DNA of 64,000 nucleotides from Octopus sinensis. Taxonomy: Eukaryota. Both the position numbers and the translations under genes were made by a program. The stretch is from contig NC_042997.1 in assembly GCF_006345805.1 (NCBI RefSeq), positions 204,352,001 to 204,416,000 on the forward strand, given 5' to 3'. Below the pieces are notes generated by a model that did no database searches, was not told the origin of the DNA, and was given only the letters and a program-made list of their open reading frames with translations. Position 1 is the first letter of the stretch; each line of letters begins with the position of its first letter. Positions 35,098 through 48,062 of the stretch are shown one piece after another.

Positions 35098-35242
35098 CTT
35101 GAAGCAATCTGAATTATCTCAAGATGGAAATGTGAAGAAAGAAGGAATCGAAGTTGCAGACTTCTCAGCTTTGGATTGGAAATTTAAAGATATTGACATC
35201 AACAAAAACATGAAACAACTTTTAAGAATTATTGCTCTTTAA
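35098..35242 (+). CDS. Last coding exon G
   Basis: ctgctttcag| C completes AGC (Ser), then LKQSELSQDGNVKKEGIEVADFSALDWKFKDIDINKNMKQLLRIIAL and TAA at 35240-42. Confidence 0.85.
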
Positions 35243-35285
35243 ACGACAGGAATTCATCAATTTCTCTTAAATTGGTAAATTTCTT

Positions 35286-36086
35286 GGTTTCAAATTTTGG
35301 CGCAAAGCCAGTAATTTTGGGTGAGGGTAAGTTGAATGCATCACCCTCCAACCCCCACCCACGTGTTCAACTGGTCCTTATTTTATTGATCCCAAATGGA
35401 TAAAAGGCAAAGTTGACCTTGGTGGGATTTGAACTTAGATCATAAAGGCATGAAATGCTGTGAAGCATTTTGCCTGAGTGTGCTAACAATTCTGCCACAT
35501 CACCACCTTAAATTGATTAATTTATCGAGAAACTACAAACAGGGTTTTTGATTTGGGCACAAGGCCTGCAATTCCATTGACTCCAGTATTTGACTGGTAC
35601 TTTATTTCATTGACCCTGAAAAAAGTTGACTTTGGTGGGGTTGAGACCCTGAGAAATTAATCATACTCTTACTCTTTTACTCTTTTACTTGTTTCAGTCA
35701 TTTGACTGCGGCCATGCTGGAGCACCGCCTTTAGTCGAGCAACTCAACCCCAGGACTTATTCTTTTGTAAGCCCAGTACTTATTCTATCGGTCTTTTTTG
35801 CTGAACCGCTAAGTGACGGGGACATAAACACACCAGCATCAGTTGTCAAGCAATGCTAGGGGGACAAACACAGACACACAAACATATACACACATACATA
35901 TAAACATATATATACATATATACGACAGGCTTCTTTCAGTTTCCGTCTACCAAATCCACTCACAAGGCTTTGGTCAGCCCGAGGCTATAGTAGAAGACAC
36001 TTGCCCATGGTGCCACGCAGTGGGACTGAACCCGGAACCATGTGATTCGTAAGCAAGCTACTTACCACACATCCACTTCTACGCCT
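35286..36086 (-). mobile_element. SINE family B (35286-35509) and family A (35664-36086)
   Basis: Reverse-strand family consensus matches. Confidence 0.85.
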
Positions 36087-36710
36087 ATGTTAAAGAATTT
36101 TAAAATTATCTGGTTCATTATGAACGATAAGTGATCATCTATCATTTATATTTCTTCAGTTTGTCCCCTCTATGTTTAGCCCCTTGTGGGTAATAAAGAA
36201 ACATATATTTCTTCAGTTTTTGTCTCTACAGATTTTCTATAGAGCCAGCACTGACCGTCATGATGTTTCATTATGTTTGGTGCTGGATCTGACTTTGATA
36301 AAATATCTGTAGAGATACACTTGAAACGAGAACAACAGGCTGCAAACAGGAAAAGTGTGATACAGTATTGACTTATAAACCTTTAATATACTTGGGACTC
36401 TGCTATGGTTGCAAAACGAAATATGGTGTCCCTGCGAACAATTAATATGTACTTAGCATTTATAATGAGATAGAATTGTATTTTCAAACATTTAATATCT
36501 TCTGTGTTATTCTGAATACGGTTGAAGGTGACTATTTTTAAAGAAATAAAACAGAAAAACAGGAAATTATAAAATTAAAGAAAATGATTTTGAAGAATAC
36601 AGCATTGAATAATAATGTTGTGAGACAAAAATGGAAATTGTTCAGACTGTTACCATTATCTTTAGAGATGGTATTAACAGTAAAACTGGCATGATTGAAA
36701 ATGAATTAAC

Positions 36711-36870
36711 TTATTTTAACGTGTATAAGGAACCCTTTTTTGTCAAAAATTAGGTTAAAAGATATGGGGGTTTCTTAAACATGGATAGTATTGTAATCCC
36801 TTAGAAAACCTTTTTTCCAAATTTTAAGCTCCCCAAATTAGGGGTTTCCTTATACACGTTAAAAATATGG
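36711..36870. mobile_element. Short pogo/Tigger-type MITE
   Basis: Terminal inverted repeat ttttaacgtgtataaggaaccc / ggtttccttatacacgttaaaa. Confidence 0.55.
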
Positions 36871-37358
36871 TAAATTAAAATAGTCATCTGTGTATCATAC
36901 TTAATACGTATTACACCACTAAAAGACATGATGCTGTGATTTTTGTCTGAGAGAGAATCTCTTCAAAGACATGTGTTAAAAAGAATGTATATCAGAGTGA
37001 GGCAAATATTGCCCCAGCAACAGCTGCAACTAATGAGAATTCCAAACATGTTTCAGACTTCTTAGACCTTGTCAATGATGTGTAAGCAGCTGTCATTGAC
37101 AGGACCATCCAATTGCACGATTTGCATGGATTCCTGTGGTTCGCTGTTGCCATCCAGTTTATATTTGGCAGGTCAGAGGCATTACAGTTTATGTTGTCAC
37201 AGATTTGCTTGATACAGGTCTTTGCTTGTCATCCTCTGCTATCTCTTCCTTGTGCAGGCTCCCACAAAAGAACTTCACTAACAGTTTCATCATTTGCTCT
37301 CCAGTAACACCCAGTAAATCTGACTATGTTCTTTCATATCTAATACTAGACAAAGGTT

Positions 37359-37648
37359 TCAGAAACATTTTTTCAAGCTAAGAGTTGCTGAAGCATGGAA
37401 CAAACTGCCGGCATCAGTTGTTAGTTGTCGGAGCACTGCATCCTTCAAAACTTCCATGCTTCCTGAGATTCGCCAACACTACACCTGATTTTCTCCCCTC
37501 TATTAACACGCAAGCATGTATCTGACTCATACACTGTTCACTTCCCAGACATTTGTACATTACTGCATATGTTTTATACGCACTTTTGACAAGTTGTGGT
37601 ACACCTGAGCACTGTATACAATAATTTCATTATTATTATTATTATTAT
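37359..37648 (+). mobile_element. Short 3' end of a related CR1/L2-type LINE
   Basis: FRNIFS/RVAEAWNKLPASVV region homologous to 33285-33415; (ATT)n tail. Confidence 0.85.
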
Positions 37649-38317
37649 AATGTATGATTAATTCAAAACAATGGAAATAAATAAGCATTAAATTTGACAG
37701 TCATCTGAATGTTAATGGGTTAAAAGCACAAGAAATATGTCAGAAGCAGAGGGAAATCCTCCAGCTACAGGGAGTAGAATGTTAGATGCATGTTTCTACT
37801 TCTTTAGACTTTGTCAATGGCCTTTACTCCCTGGTAACCGTATGCTGAGACAAAATCCAATTGAAAATCAATGACGGTGTATTTAAAACCTACTGGTTAG
37901 ACTCTTTATAAACAACAAAGGTTGTATTAGATTAACGTAGCCATTGGTGTTTTTAAGCATTGAGTGTCCATAAGGAACGTTCTCCTCAGATGAATTCTGC
38001 TGTTAATTTGCTTTTCTTCGTTATGTATCTGCATTAAATATGATACACAAATGACTAAAAGAAAAACAAGCTCAGTTCTTTTAGCAGAACACTTTTTATC
38101 TTTTTTTTACTTGTTTCATGGCCATACTGGGGCACCGCCTTGGAGAATATTAGTTGAATGAATTGACCCCAGGACTTACCATTTTTTTTAAAGCCTGGTA
38201 CTTATTCTATCAGTCTGTTTTGCCGAACCACTAAGTTACAGGGATGTAAACACACCAACAATGGTTGTCAAGTGGTGGTGGGGACAAACACAGACACAAA
38301 GATGCAGAAACACACAA

Positions 38318-38355
<38 letters not shown>

Positions 38356-38367
38356 TATATATATGAA

Positions 38368-38770
38368 CTAGCAGTCTCACCTGGCGTTGCTCAGGTTTGT
38401 TTCGACCCTTTAGAATTGGAATTTTTGAAAAGTAAAAATTTTGCATTATGTAGCTTGTTATACTCTTTAAGTGAACATTTTTCTTGTTGAAATACACCGA
38501 AAAATGGTGACACAGCAGTCAAAAAACCGTAAAAAATAGGTATTTTCATAGAAAAAAATGCACCTTTTTGATGTAAATAATTTTTGGTGTTAACATGGTC
38601 CAATTTGAATTTTATCTTCTACGGAAGGAAGAGCAAGCCTTCTTCTATCATACTCTCAAGTTTGGTCAACTTGTGCCGCAGGGTCTCAGAGGAGATAGTG
38701 TTAGTTGAAGCCTACCAAACCTGCCACACACAGACAACTTCAGCTTTATATATATATATATATATATAGA
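38368..38770 (-). mobile_element. Non-autonomous Helitron nested in the (TA)n of a family A SINE (38098-38845)
   Basis: Same termini as 26878-27376 (ctagcagt..cc(c/t)ggcgttgctc and acaacttcag.tttatata..ga) but a different interior. Confidence 0.8.
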
Positions 38771-39103
38771 TATATGATAGGCTTCTTTCAGTTTCCATGT
38801 ACCAAATCCACCCACAAGGCTTTGGCCAGCCTGAGGGCTTCTACAATAGTCTTGGGCTATAGTAGAATTTCAGTTTTCCTTTCATTTTCAACATTGAAAC
38901 AACTGCTTTTCACAGAACAAATTAAATTTATGAATTCTACATTGTATTTGAAAATCTCTGGAGCACACAACCTGAAATCACACAAGTTTCTGTGACACTC
39001 GTATAATTGTGTATTGTTTGCTATTTTCTATGACCATTGCTTCTGTTGGTGTTGCAATCTCGGATTATTTTGCTCAAAACGATTTCAATAATATTGCATC
39101 TAG

Positions 39104-39505
39104 TTACTCTTTACTCTTTTACTTGTTTCAGTCATTTGACTACGGCCATGCTGGAGCACCGCCTTTAGTCGAGAAAATTGACCCCTGGACTTATTCTTTG
39201 TAAGCCCAGTACTTATTCTATCGGTCTCTTTTGCCGAACCGCTAAGTGACGGGGACGTAAACACACCAGCATCGGTTGTCAAGCAATGCTAGGGGGACAA
39301 AGACAGACACACAAACATATACACACACTTATATATATACATATATACGACAGGCTTCTTTCAGTTTCCGTCTACCAAATCCACTCACAAGGCATTGGTC
39401 GGCCCGGGGCTATAGCAGAAGACACTTGCCCAAGATGCCACGCAGTGGGACTGAACCCGGAACCATGTGGTTGGTTAGCAAGCTACTTACCACACAGCCA
39501 CTCCT
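39104..39505 (-). mobile_element. SINE family A
   Basis: Near-consensus copy. Confidence 0.9.
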
Positions 39506-39648
39506 GAACATTTTAATTTCTTCCAAAACATTTCCCACTCTATCTCCTTTACATTTCTCTGAACCAATCACTAATTGCATTAACTTAATTCTTTTGTTTT
39601 TTATTGTCATAAATTGAAGAAACTATCTCATTATATTCACGTACAATA

Positions 39649-39880
39649 AAGTGGCAAGCTGACAGAAATGTTAGCACGCCGGGCGAAATGCGTAGCCATA
39701 TTTCGTCTGCTGTTATGTTCTGAGTTCAAATTCCGCCGAGGTCAACTTTGCCTTTCATCCTTTCGGGGTCGATAAATTAAGTACCAGTTACGCACTGGGG
39801 TCGATGTAATCGACTTAATCCCTTTGTCTGTCCTTGTTTGTCCCCTCTATGTTTAGCCCCTTGTGGGCAATAAAGAAATA
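39649..39880 (+). mobile_element. SINE family B
   Basis: TSD tatattca(c/t)gtacaata at 39632-48 and 39881-97. Confidence 0.9.
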
Positions 39881-41250
39881 TATATTCATGTACAATAGCA
39901 TTCCAGCTTTCATTTCTGTTCAAATACTGTATTATTTTAATTTTCAAGTGCAATGTGAGAGTTACATGCTTTCTATTTGTTTCATTTACACCTTCCCCAA
40001 GTCGGTGACCTTTATGAATACAGGAAGATGGTTTTTACTCACAGATGGGCAATAAAGAAGTAGATACAAGCAGATACAAAACATAAAGGGGCTGGCCAAT
40101 GTGACATCAGTAGCCAGTGATGGTGCTTAATAAGGAATTTGTTAAGATTGAAAATAAGCACCAGACAACTGGGTCTGCCAGACGATTGAATCTCAGATTA
40201 AGGCAATTTTTACTGTGTGTGAAAACTTCAAAGCAGATTTGGCATTTGCATGCATGCAGTTCCTTAAAGATTTTGTGGAAGTATCTACTAAACTACTTCA
40301 AGACATTTTGGTATATAAGGAGAACACAGGATTTGAAACAGAGTTTTTATTTTTAAAAAAATTGAAACATTTCCAGATAATTCCATTTCGGATTACAAAT
40401 ATAACAGTTCTACTTGATCAAATCTATTGCAGTAAACAGTTTTTCTTCTTTGAGTCATCACTAGGAGATTTATCCTCTTTCTCCGTTTTGTTTGTCTACA
40501 GAAAGAAAGAAAGGCCATTTGTCAGATTGTGCTGTGTGAGGGAAATATTTACCCTTATTTCCAGCAAATTTAAAATGATCTTTAGAACATTTTATCAAAG
40601 AAGAGATAAAAATCTGAGGAAAAGATTACATATATATATACACATACATATATATATATACATATACACACATATGTATGTAAAATTATCACCACAAAAG
40701 AAGTTTCACTTTAGTAGAAAATAAGAAAGTTGACAGACACCAAGGATATTTGTCATTAATTTCACATTTTATTTTGAAAAGAAGGAAAAAAAACATCAAA
40801 ATAGGTTGGACTTTAGACAAAATATTTTCTTTCTTTTTCATTTTCCTTTTCATCTGTTAAATTCCCTGCGACTTTGTGCTGGATTTTGGCATCTAAAATT
40901 TAAAATGGTATTTTATAGTCGGAATCCAAGCTTCAGGTACCTCAACATATTACAAATCATCATCATCATCATCATCATTGTTTTTCACATCTACTTTTCT
41001 GTGCTTGCATGGGTTGAACAGAAATCTTGAGGCTGGAAGCCTTTCCTGTTGCTAACCCTCATCTCTTTCCAAACAATGTAATATTTCCCAATGCCTAGGC
41101 ATGTTTCTCACAAAAGATTGGAAATGAATGAATAACGTTGCTTGTATGCTGGTGATGCTTGTTTACAACAATCATGATATGTCAACACAAAGTTACCCAT
41201 AAACATACATACATGCATATATATATTTATATATATATATATATATATAT

Positions 41251-41822
41251 AGGCACAGGCATGGTTGTGCAGTAAGAAATTTACTTCTCAACCAAAGGGT
41301 TTTGGGTTCAGTCCCACTATGTGGCTCTTTGTGTAAGTGTCTTCTGTTATAGCTCTGGTCCAACCAAAGGCTTGTCAGTGGGTCTTGTATTCAGAAACTG
41401 AAAGAAGCCCATTGTTTATATATGCATGCATGTACGTACGCATGTATTTACATATGTATGTATAAACGATGGGGTTTTTTCAGTTTATATGTGTGTGTGT
41501 GTGTGTGTTTGTATTTGTGTGTGTGTGTGTGTGTTTTTTTGTGAGAGTGTGTTTATGTGTGTGTGTGTGTTTGTGTGTGTTTTACTGTCTGCTTGCCTTG
41601 ACATTACATAATAGTTGTAGATAGAATTGCAAGTGGTATCCTTTGTTTCCAATCTTCCACAAAAACATGTCTGGCCATGGAGGAATATTAACTTACTTGT
41701 AAACAGGTGAGGGTTGGTGAGGGAAAGGGTATCTGGCCATAAAAATCCTCCCTAACAAATTGCCTCAGACCTATGCAAGCACAGAAATGCGGGAATTAAA
41801 ATGTTGATGATGATGATGATGA
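41251..41822 (+). mobile_element. SINE with family A head but a different 3' body and (GAT)n tail
   Basis: tRNA-like head to ~41415, microsatellite, then aaacaggtgagggttgg...gatgatgat; reverse relatives at ~27830-28000 and ~40960-41190. Confidence 0.6.
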
Positions 41823-41829
41823 AAGAGAA

Positions 41830-42830
41830 ATTAGGCATAAGAGGAATTAGAGGTAGTGTGCAAGAGAGGAGACTGCACTGGTTTGCTCATGTGATGTGGA
41901 TGGATGCTGGCAGCTCCATAAAGAAGTGGTGATCCCTCAAAGTAGATGGAACACGTGGAAGAGGGAGAGCCAGATGAAGTACTGATGGGTGACCTTGAGA
42001 TGCTGAACATTTCAGATGAGACGACAAAGGACCAGGATACCTGGCACTTTGCTGTACTCAAAAAGATCTGTCCTCCACCGCAAAAGTGTTAAGGCCATTC
42101 GCCCTGTTGAGGAGGATTGGCCTGTGAAAGTCCTGGGCCAGTACCATGTAAGAACACTCATCCTCATCATCATCATCATCATTTAGCATCTGTTTTCCAT
42201 GCTGGCATGGGTTGGACAGTTTGACTGAAACTGGTAAGCTGTAGGGCCACACCAGGTCCCAATCTGCTCTGGCATGGTTTCTATGGCTGGATGCCCTTCC
42301 TCATGCCTACCACTCCAAGAGTATAACGGGTGCTTTTTATGTGCCACTGGCTTTTTGCATGTCACCGGCATGGGTGCCCGTTACATGACACTAGCATCAC
42401 TAATAAGTGTGTCCTGATTTATAAACCATGTAAAATGATGTTGAAAGCAGCTCTTCGCACATGGCAGATGTACTGGTACATCAAGCACCAGAAATGTACA
42501 GGAAATAGACTCCCTCAAATATCAGTGGTGGGGTGGATCCTTGGAAGTAGTAGACAGTTTCTGTTACTTAGGTGACCTGGTTACCAGTGGTGGAAGTTGT
42601 TCTGAAAGCATAGCTGCTAGAATAAAAATAGGCTGGGTGAAGTTCAGAAAGCTATTACCCCTGTAACAATTACCTCTGTAACTATTACCTGTGTAAGCTA
42701 TTATCTGTGTAACAAAGGGCCTCTCCCTCAGAGTGAAAGGCAGATTGCATGATGCCTGTGTATGAACACTTATACTACATGGCAGTGTAAGATGGGCTGT
42801 GACTATTGAGGACATGGCAAGGCTTGAAAG
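41830..42830 (+). mobile_element. Two RTE-clade LINE fragments (41830-42075, 42565-42830)
   Basis: LGIRGIRGSVQERRLHWFAHVMWMD; YLGDLVTSGGSCSESIAARIKIGWVKFRKLLP and KGLSLRVKGRLHDACV. Confidence 0.75.
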
Positions 42831-43574
42831 CACCTGTGTCAGTGCCATATAAAAGCAGCTGTGCTGGGGCTGTGCAGGAGGACGAAGTCCACTCTATAAA
42901 GTGGTTGGTATCAGAAAAGGCATCTAGCTGTAGAAACCATGCCAAAACAGACAAGGAGCTCGGACGGCTCTTCAGCTGGTCAGCTCCTGTCAAACCGTCC
43001 AGCCCTTGCCAGCATGGAAAATGGATGTAAAACAAGTGATGCTATTTCTCCATTACTTCACCTGATATCTAAATATTCCCCTTCATTGCTCCATGATCTC
43101 ACTTGATATCTCAATATTGCCCCATTTCCTCCTCAGCTACTAAATATATACCCAATGGCTATAGAATGGGGATATTTACCCCATTGCTTGGTTTAGCTTT
43201 AAACAGAAATGCTTTACCAGTGTCTGTCACTCCCACATAAATACTCATTTAAATAATCTAGTTTGAATATATTTCAAGCAGTTTAAAGCTTCTGATCATG
43301 AGTTTATATTTTATGTACTACTTCTTGGGTAGAAAGGGTTTTATATTCTTAGAAATATTCATTATTATCATTTTTTACATGAATAGGGGGCATGTCTAAA
43401 ACAGTCTTTCGCAGACTACTCACTAGAAACGTCTGACAACACATTTCTCCAAACGTTTTGATTATTTTCTTTCTACTTTTTGAAAAAAGGAAATCTTTCC
43501 CAAAATACTATAAAATCACTAAGCTTTTTGTTATCATATTTCTCTTCAAATACACTGCCTTTCATCCTCCTCCT

Positions 43575-43975
43575 CCTCATCATCGTTTAATGTCCGTTTT
43601 CCATGCTAGCATGGGTTGGACGGTTCGACCGGGGATCTGGGAAGCCAGGAAGCTGCACCAAGCTCCAGTCTGATCTGGCAATGTTTCTACAGCTGGATGC
43701 CCTTCCTAACGCCAACCACTCCAAGAGTGTAGTGGGTGCTTTTTACGTGTCACCAGCACAGGTGCCAGGGGAAGCTGGCAAACATCCACGATCGGTTTGT
43801 GCTTTTACGTGCCACTGTCATGGAAGCCAGTCAAGGCGGTGCTGGCATCGGCCATATTCGGATGGTGCTTTTTACGTGCCACCGGCACAGGTATCACAAC
43901 TACAATTTCCATTTGATTTTTTGATGTTGATGTACTTGACTCAATAGGTCTCCTCAAGCACAGCAGGTCGCCCTG
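43575..43975 (-). mobile_element. Family C retroposon inside a TTAA-type MITE (~43518-44157)
   Basis: MITE body resumes at 43980 and ends aaaagggttaa. Confidence 0.7.
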
Positions 43976-44135
43976 CTCACCTTTATTTCAATTAATTTTA
44001 GAAATAACAAAGAATTCAGTAGAATGAGTTTGTCATTGTTAAGCAGGTCTTTGGGACATAAATTCCGATGGAAGGTGTTGATTTAGATGATTTTAAACAG
44101 GAAGTTTGTATGAGAAAGAGAATGAGTCACAGAGG

Positions 44136-44342
44136 GGGTGGTATCAAAAGGGTTAAACCAGGTAATACAATATATGAGGTGATATCAAAAGGGTTAAACA
44201 ACCTACACCAGGTAATACAATATATGAGGTGGTATCAAAGGGTTAAACAACCTACACCAGGTAATACAATATATGAGGTGGTATCAAAAGGGTTAAACAA
44301 CCTACACCAGGTAATACAATATATGAGGTGGTATCAAAAGGT
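44136..44342. repeat. ~50-bp tandem repeat, about 4 units, at a MITE/mariner junction
   Basis: Unit gaggtggtatcaaaagggttaaacaacctacaccaggtaatacaatatat. Confidence 0.9.
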
Positions 44343-45238
44343 TCCAGGACTGGTTATGTTTAGCACAAAATTTAACTTATTTACCTAAGTTTTAACATCA
44401 TCTCCTCCAAAATAGTCCCCTTGCGCAGCAATACACTGGTCCCAGTATTCCTGCGACTTTTGGAATCCAGCCTGGAAGTCGTTTTCCGTAAGTGTGGTGA
44501 GGGCTTTCCGTGATTCCCTCTGGATCTTGACAATGGTGTTAAAATGGTGACCTTTGAGCTGCATTTTCATCTTGGGGAAGAGATGAAAGTCCACAGGTGC
44601 TAAAACTTGGTGAATAGGATGGGTGCAGAAGTGATACCATGTTGTTTTTGGCAAGAAACTCATGAGTGGGGAGAGCTCGGTGCCAGGGTGCATTGTCATT
44701 GTGAAAAATCCAGTTCTTCATGTTCCACAGATCCATTCGTTTTTGCCAAATGTCCCTCCCTCAAAACATTGCAGTAGTACTCTCGATCAACAGTCTGGCC
44801 CTGGGGGATGAATTCTCAATGCACAATATCACATTTCCAAGGGTGATGCTCATGGCAGGTCTTCCACATTGCTCATCGTCTTCCAGAGACACTCTTCCAC
44901 CTTTGAAGCACCTGTGCCCCTTGAAACCTTGCGTATGACCCATTACTTTATCGCTGTAAGCATCCTGATGTATGCTCCATGTGTCTGTGGCAAACTTCCC
45001 AAGTTTAACACAAAATTCCGTGTTGGCTCTTTGTTCCTATCCACGACAAAATCACAGACTACAGCATACATGTGATCACAAACACACAAATTTCACAACT
45101 TGCGATATCAACAGAGCAATGTCACTCAACAGCTTGTCTCATGAAGGTCACTGCCAGCTCTCACTGCACATGCAACCATTTGCTGCCATCTATTGGTGCG
45201 CTACAGAACTAGTCTGGGAAATTTTAGATACCGCCTCA
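44324..45238 (-). mobile_element. Internally deleted mariner element
   Basis: FKGGRVSLEDDEQCGRP, WIFHNDNAPWH, HPSYSP, APVDFHLFPKMK..LKG, WDQCIAAQGDYF; TIRs tgaggtggtatcaaaag / ttttagataccgcctca with TA flanks. Confidence 0.9.
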
Positions 45239-46090
45239 TATTTTTTCTTTTTGTTTTCCTTTTTATGACATCACCCCTCCATATTCTGCCCAATGCCTCA
45301 CCTTGCATTTTGCTCAAAGGATTTTTCAAACATTTATATCATTTACTCTTTAGCAGCATTTAAAATTAAACCTAGGTGGATCGTGTGTATTATTTTAATT
45401 GCTGAATTATTTGGTGACCCCAAGAACTATCCAGAAGTACCTCATGGATATTTTTACAATCCTTGTCAGGGTTATTTCTTTGTATTTATTCTTTGATGCG
45501 AAATAGTTTTTTTTCTCTCTCTCTTATACATTGAGTGAATGTCTAGGTCTCGTATGGCTGTAAAAGCTATTGTGAAGGATGTGCTGTCCTGTATTACAGT
45601 AATATTAGTGACAGATGGCTGTCATTTGACTATGAAGATTCACTTGTTCAATCAGCTGAATTACTTTCCCATTAAATTGCTATGAAATTGGTTGAGTATT
45701 CCATAGACATGTGTAGTCTTCAGAGAATATAACAAGAGTGTACCTTTTGAATTAAAGATACAATCCATCTGACAGGCTTCCATGCAGTTTTCATCAACCC
45801 AATTTCATGAACACGTTATGAGTTGACCTGAATCTCTAGAGAACAACATTTTCCCAATATGGCATGCCTTGGGATTGAACCAGAGACCTCGTGGAAGTGA
45901 AGCAAACGTTTTAATCTACACTATCACATTGCTATATATGTATATATAAATATGACCTCCCTCCTTCACAGTGGGGTGGCATCAATTGAATGCTACAACA
46001 ATGCAAGGAAGTGTATTGTGACCATCGATGTACAGCAATACATCGCTGTACATTGATAGTCTGGTCAATAGTGATAGTGATATATAGATA

Positions 46091-46131
<41 letters not shown>

Positions 46132-47644
46132 TGTTCCTTCTCGAGCCACGCCTGGCTCACAGGGCTGGTTTCCCGCTTTCCTTGGCATATAGGTTCCCCA
46201 CCTGGATGGGACGCCAGTCCATCGCAGGTGAGCTGTAAGATTCAGGAGGAAAGAGTGAGAGAAAGTTGTGGTGAAAGAGTCAGCAGAAGTTCACCATTAC
46301 CTTCTGCTGGAGCTGCATGGAGCTTAGGTGTTTTGCTCATAAACACACACATCACCCAGTCTGAGATTCGAACTCACAATCCCTCGCCTGTGAGTCCGAT
46401 ACTCCATCTAGAATAAGGAACCAGTACTGTAACATTTTGGGTTTTGAAGGTCCACAACTGCTCAACATTCTGCAAGACAACCTCAGAAATTTTTGAAGTG
46501 TAGATGTGGAGTTCTTCAAAGAGTGTCAAGACAGATTTCCATCTAAGGTACCAGATAAACCCACATCATGGCAGGAAACAACACAGAGAAGAGCATCTCT
46601 GTCTAATTCACCACTTCCCCAAAAACACTACAGAAAAGAAACCCAAACAAACTCAAAGATGGTGCTCTAGCATGGCCTCAGCCTCTGGCAGAAACCAGTA
46701 AAAGATAAAAGATAAATATATATATATGTGTGTGTGTATGTGTGTATATGTGTGTAGGTATACATACACAAATATAGAATCTTGATCAACCATGTAGTAT
46801 TCGATCAATACCAAACTTTCATATTAAAACAAAATTATCTTAATTAAGAATCAAACACTTTTGTTAAGAGTAAATAATTCGTTAAAATTAATTGATCAAT
46901 ATTGATATAAACTAATAAATTTTACGAATAAATTCAAGGACAATAATATTAATTTACTGCAGTGAACAATTGAAGAAATATATAATGTGTGTTGGTGTAT
47001 ATAAATACTTACCATAAATGCCATCCAAACATATATATGCCTTACACACACTCACACAGACACACACACACTCTCACACATCCATGCCCACACCCACTGG
47101 CACACACACTCACACATGCATACACATACTCACCCCCACACAGACACACTCACACAGCCACACCCACTGACACCCACACCCCCACTCTCACATACACACA
47201 CACACTCATCCCACACACAGACACACTCACTCCAAACTCTCTCTCTCACACACAGACACAACACACACACACACAAAATGTATTATCATCATAATCATTA
47301 TTTGATTCTCCGTTTGAAGAATTTCCAATGCGAGATATCTTAGATATTTCTTCTACATGTACAATTTTGTAACTTCTATCAGCAAATGAAACACATGTAA
47401 TGGTGACTTAATAATGCCAAAAACTTTCCCAGTCCCCTGTTTTGATACATTCATATATGAGTATATATGGCTGTGCAGTTAAAAAGTTTGCTTTCCAACC
47501 CTATGGCCTCAAGTTCATTCCCACTGCATGGAACTTGGGACAACTGTTTTTCGTAATAGTCGTAGGCAGACAAATCGTTCAAACAGTGGAAGATATTCTA
47601 TGAGGGGAGGAAGAAATAAATGGTGACAATTTGTACATTTCTTT

Positions 47645-47696
47645 GGAGAGAGAGAAAGAGAAAGTGAGAAAGCAGGGGAGAGAGAGAGAGAAAGAA

Positions 47697-47753
<57 letters not shown>

Positions 47754-47842
47754 AGAGAGAGAGAGAGAAAGAGAGAGAGAGGGGAGGAAAAATATAGGTC
47801 TTAGCAAGTTGGAAAATTGCAGATGAGAAAATGAAAAGAAAA

Positions 47843-47911
<69 letters not shown>

Positions 47912-47931
47912 AAGAGAGAGAGGAGAGAAAG

Positions 47932-47989
<58 letters not shown>

Positions 47990-48062
47990 AGGAAAAATAT
48001 AGGTCTTAGCAAGTTGGAAAATTGCAGATGAGAAAATGAAAAGAAAAATAGAGAGAGAGAGA
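47645..48062. repeat. (GA)n tracts with a duplicated ~62-bp unique spacer
   Basis: ggggaggaaaaatataggtcttagcaagttggaaaattgcagatgagaaaatgaaaagaaaa at ~47781 and ~47986. Confidence 0.85.

Noticed and set aside
40215-40724. 169-aa ORF
   Set aside because: No recognisable motifs, AT-rich, runs into a microsatellite.
47781-48047. Duplicated 62-bp spacer between GA tracts as a functional module
   Set aside because: Most simply slippage or an assembly artefact between microsatellites.
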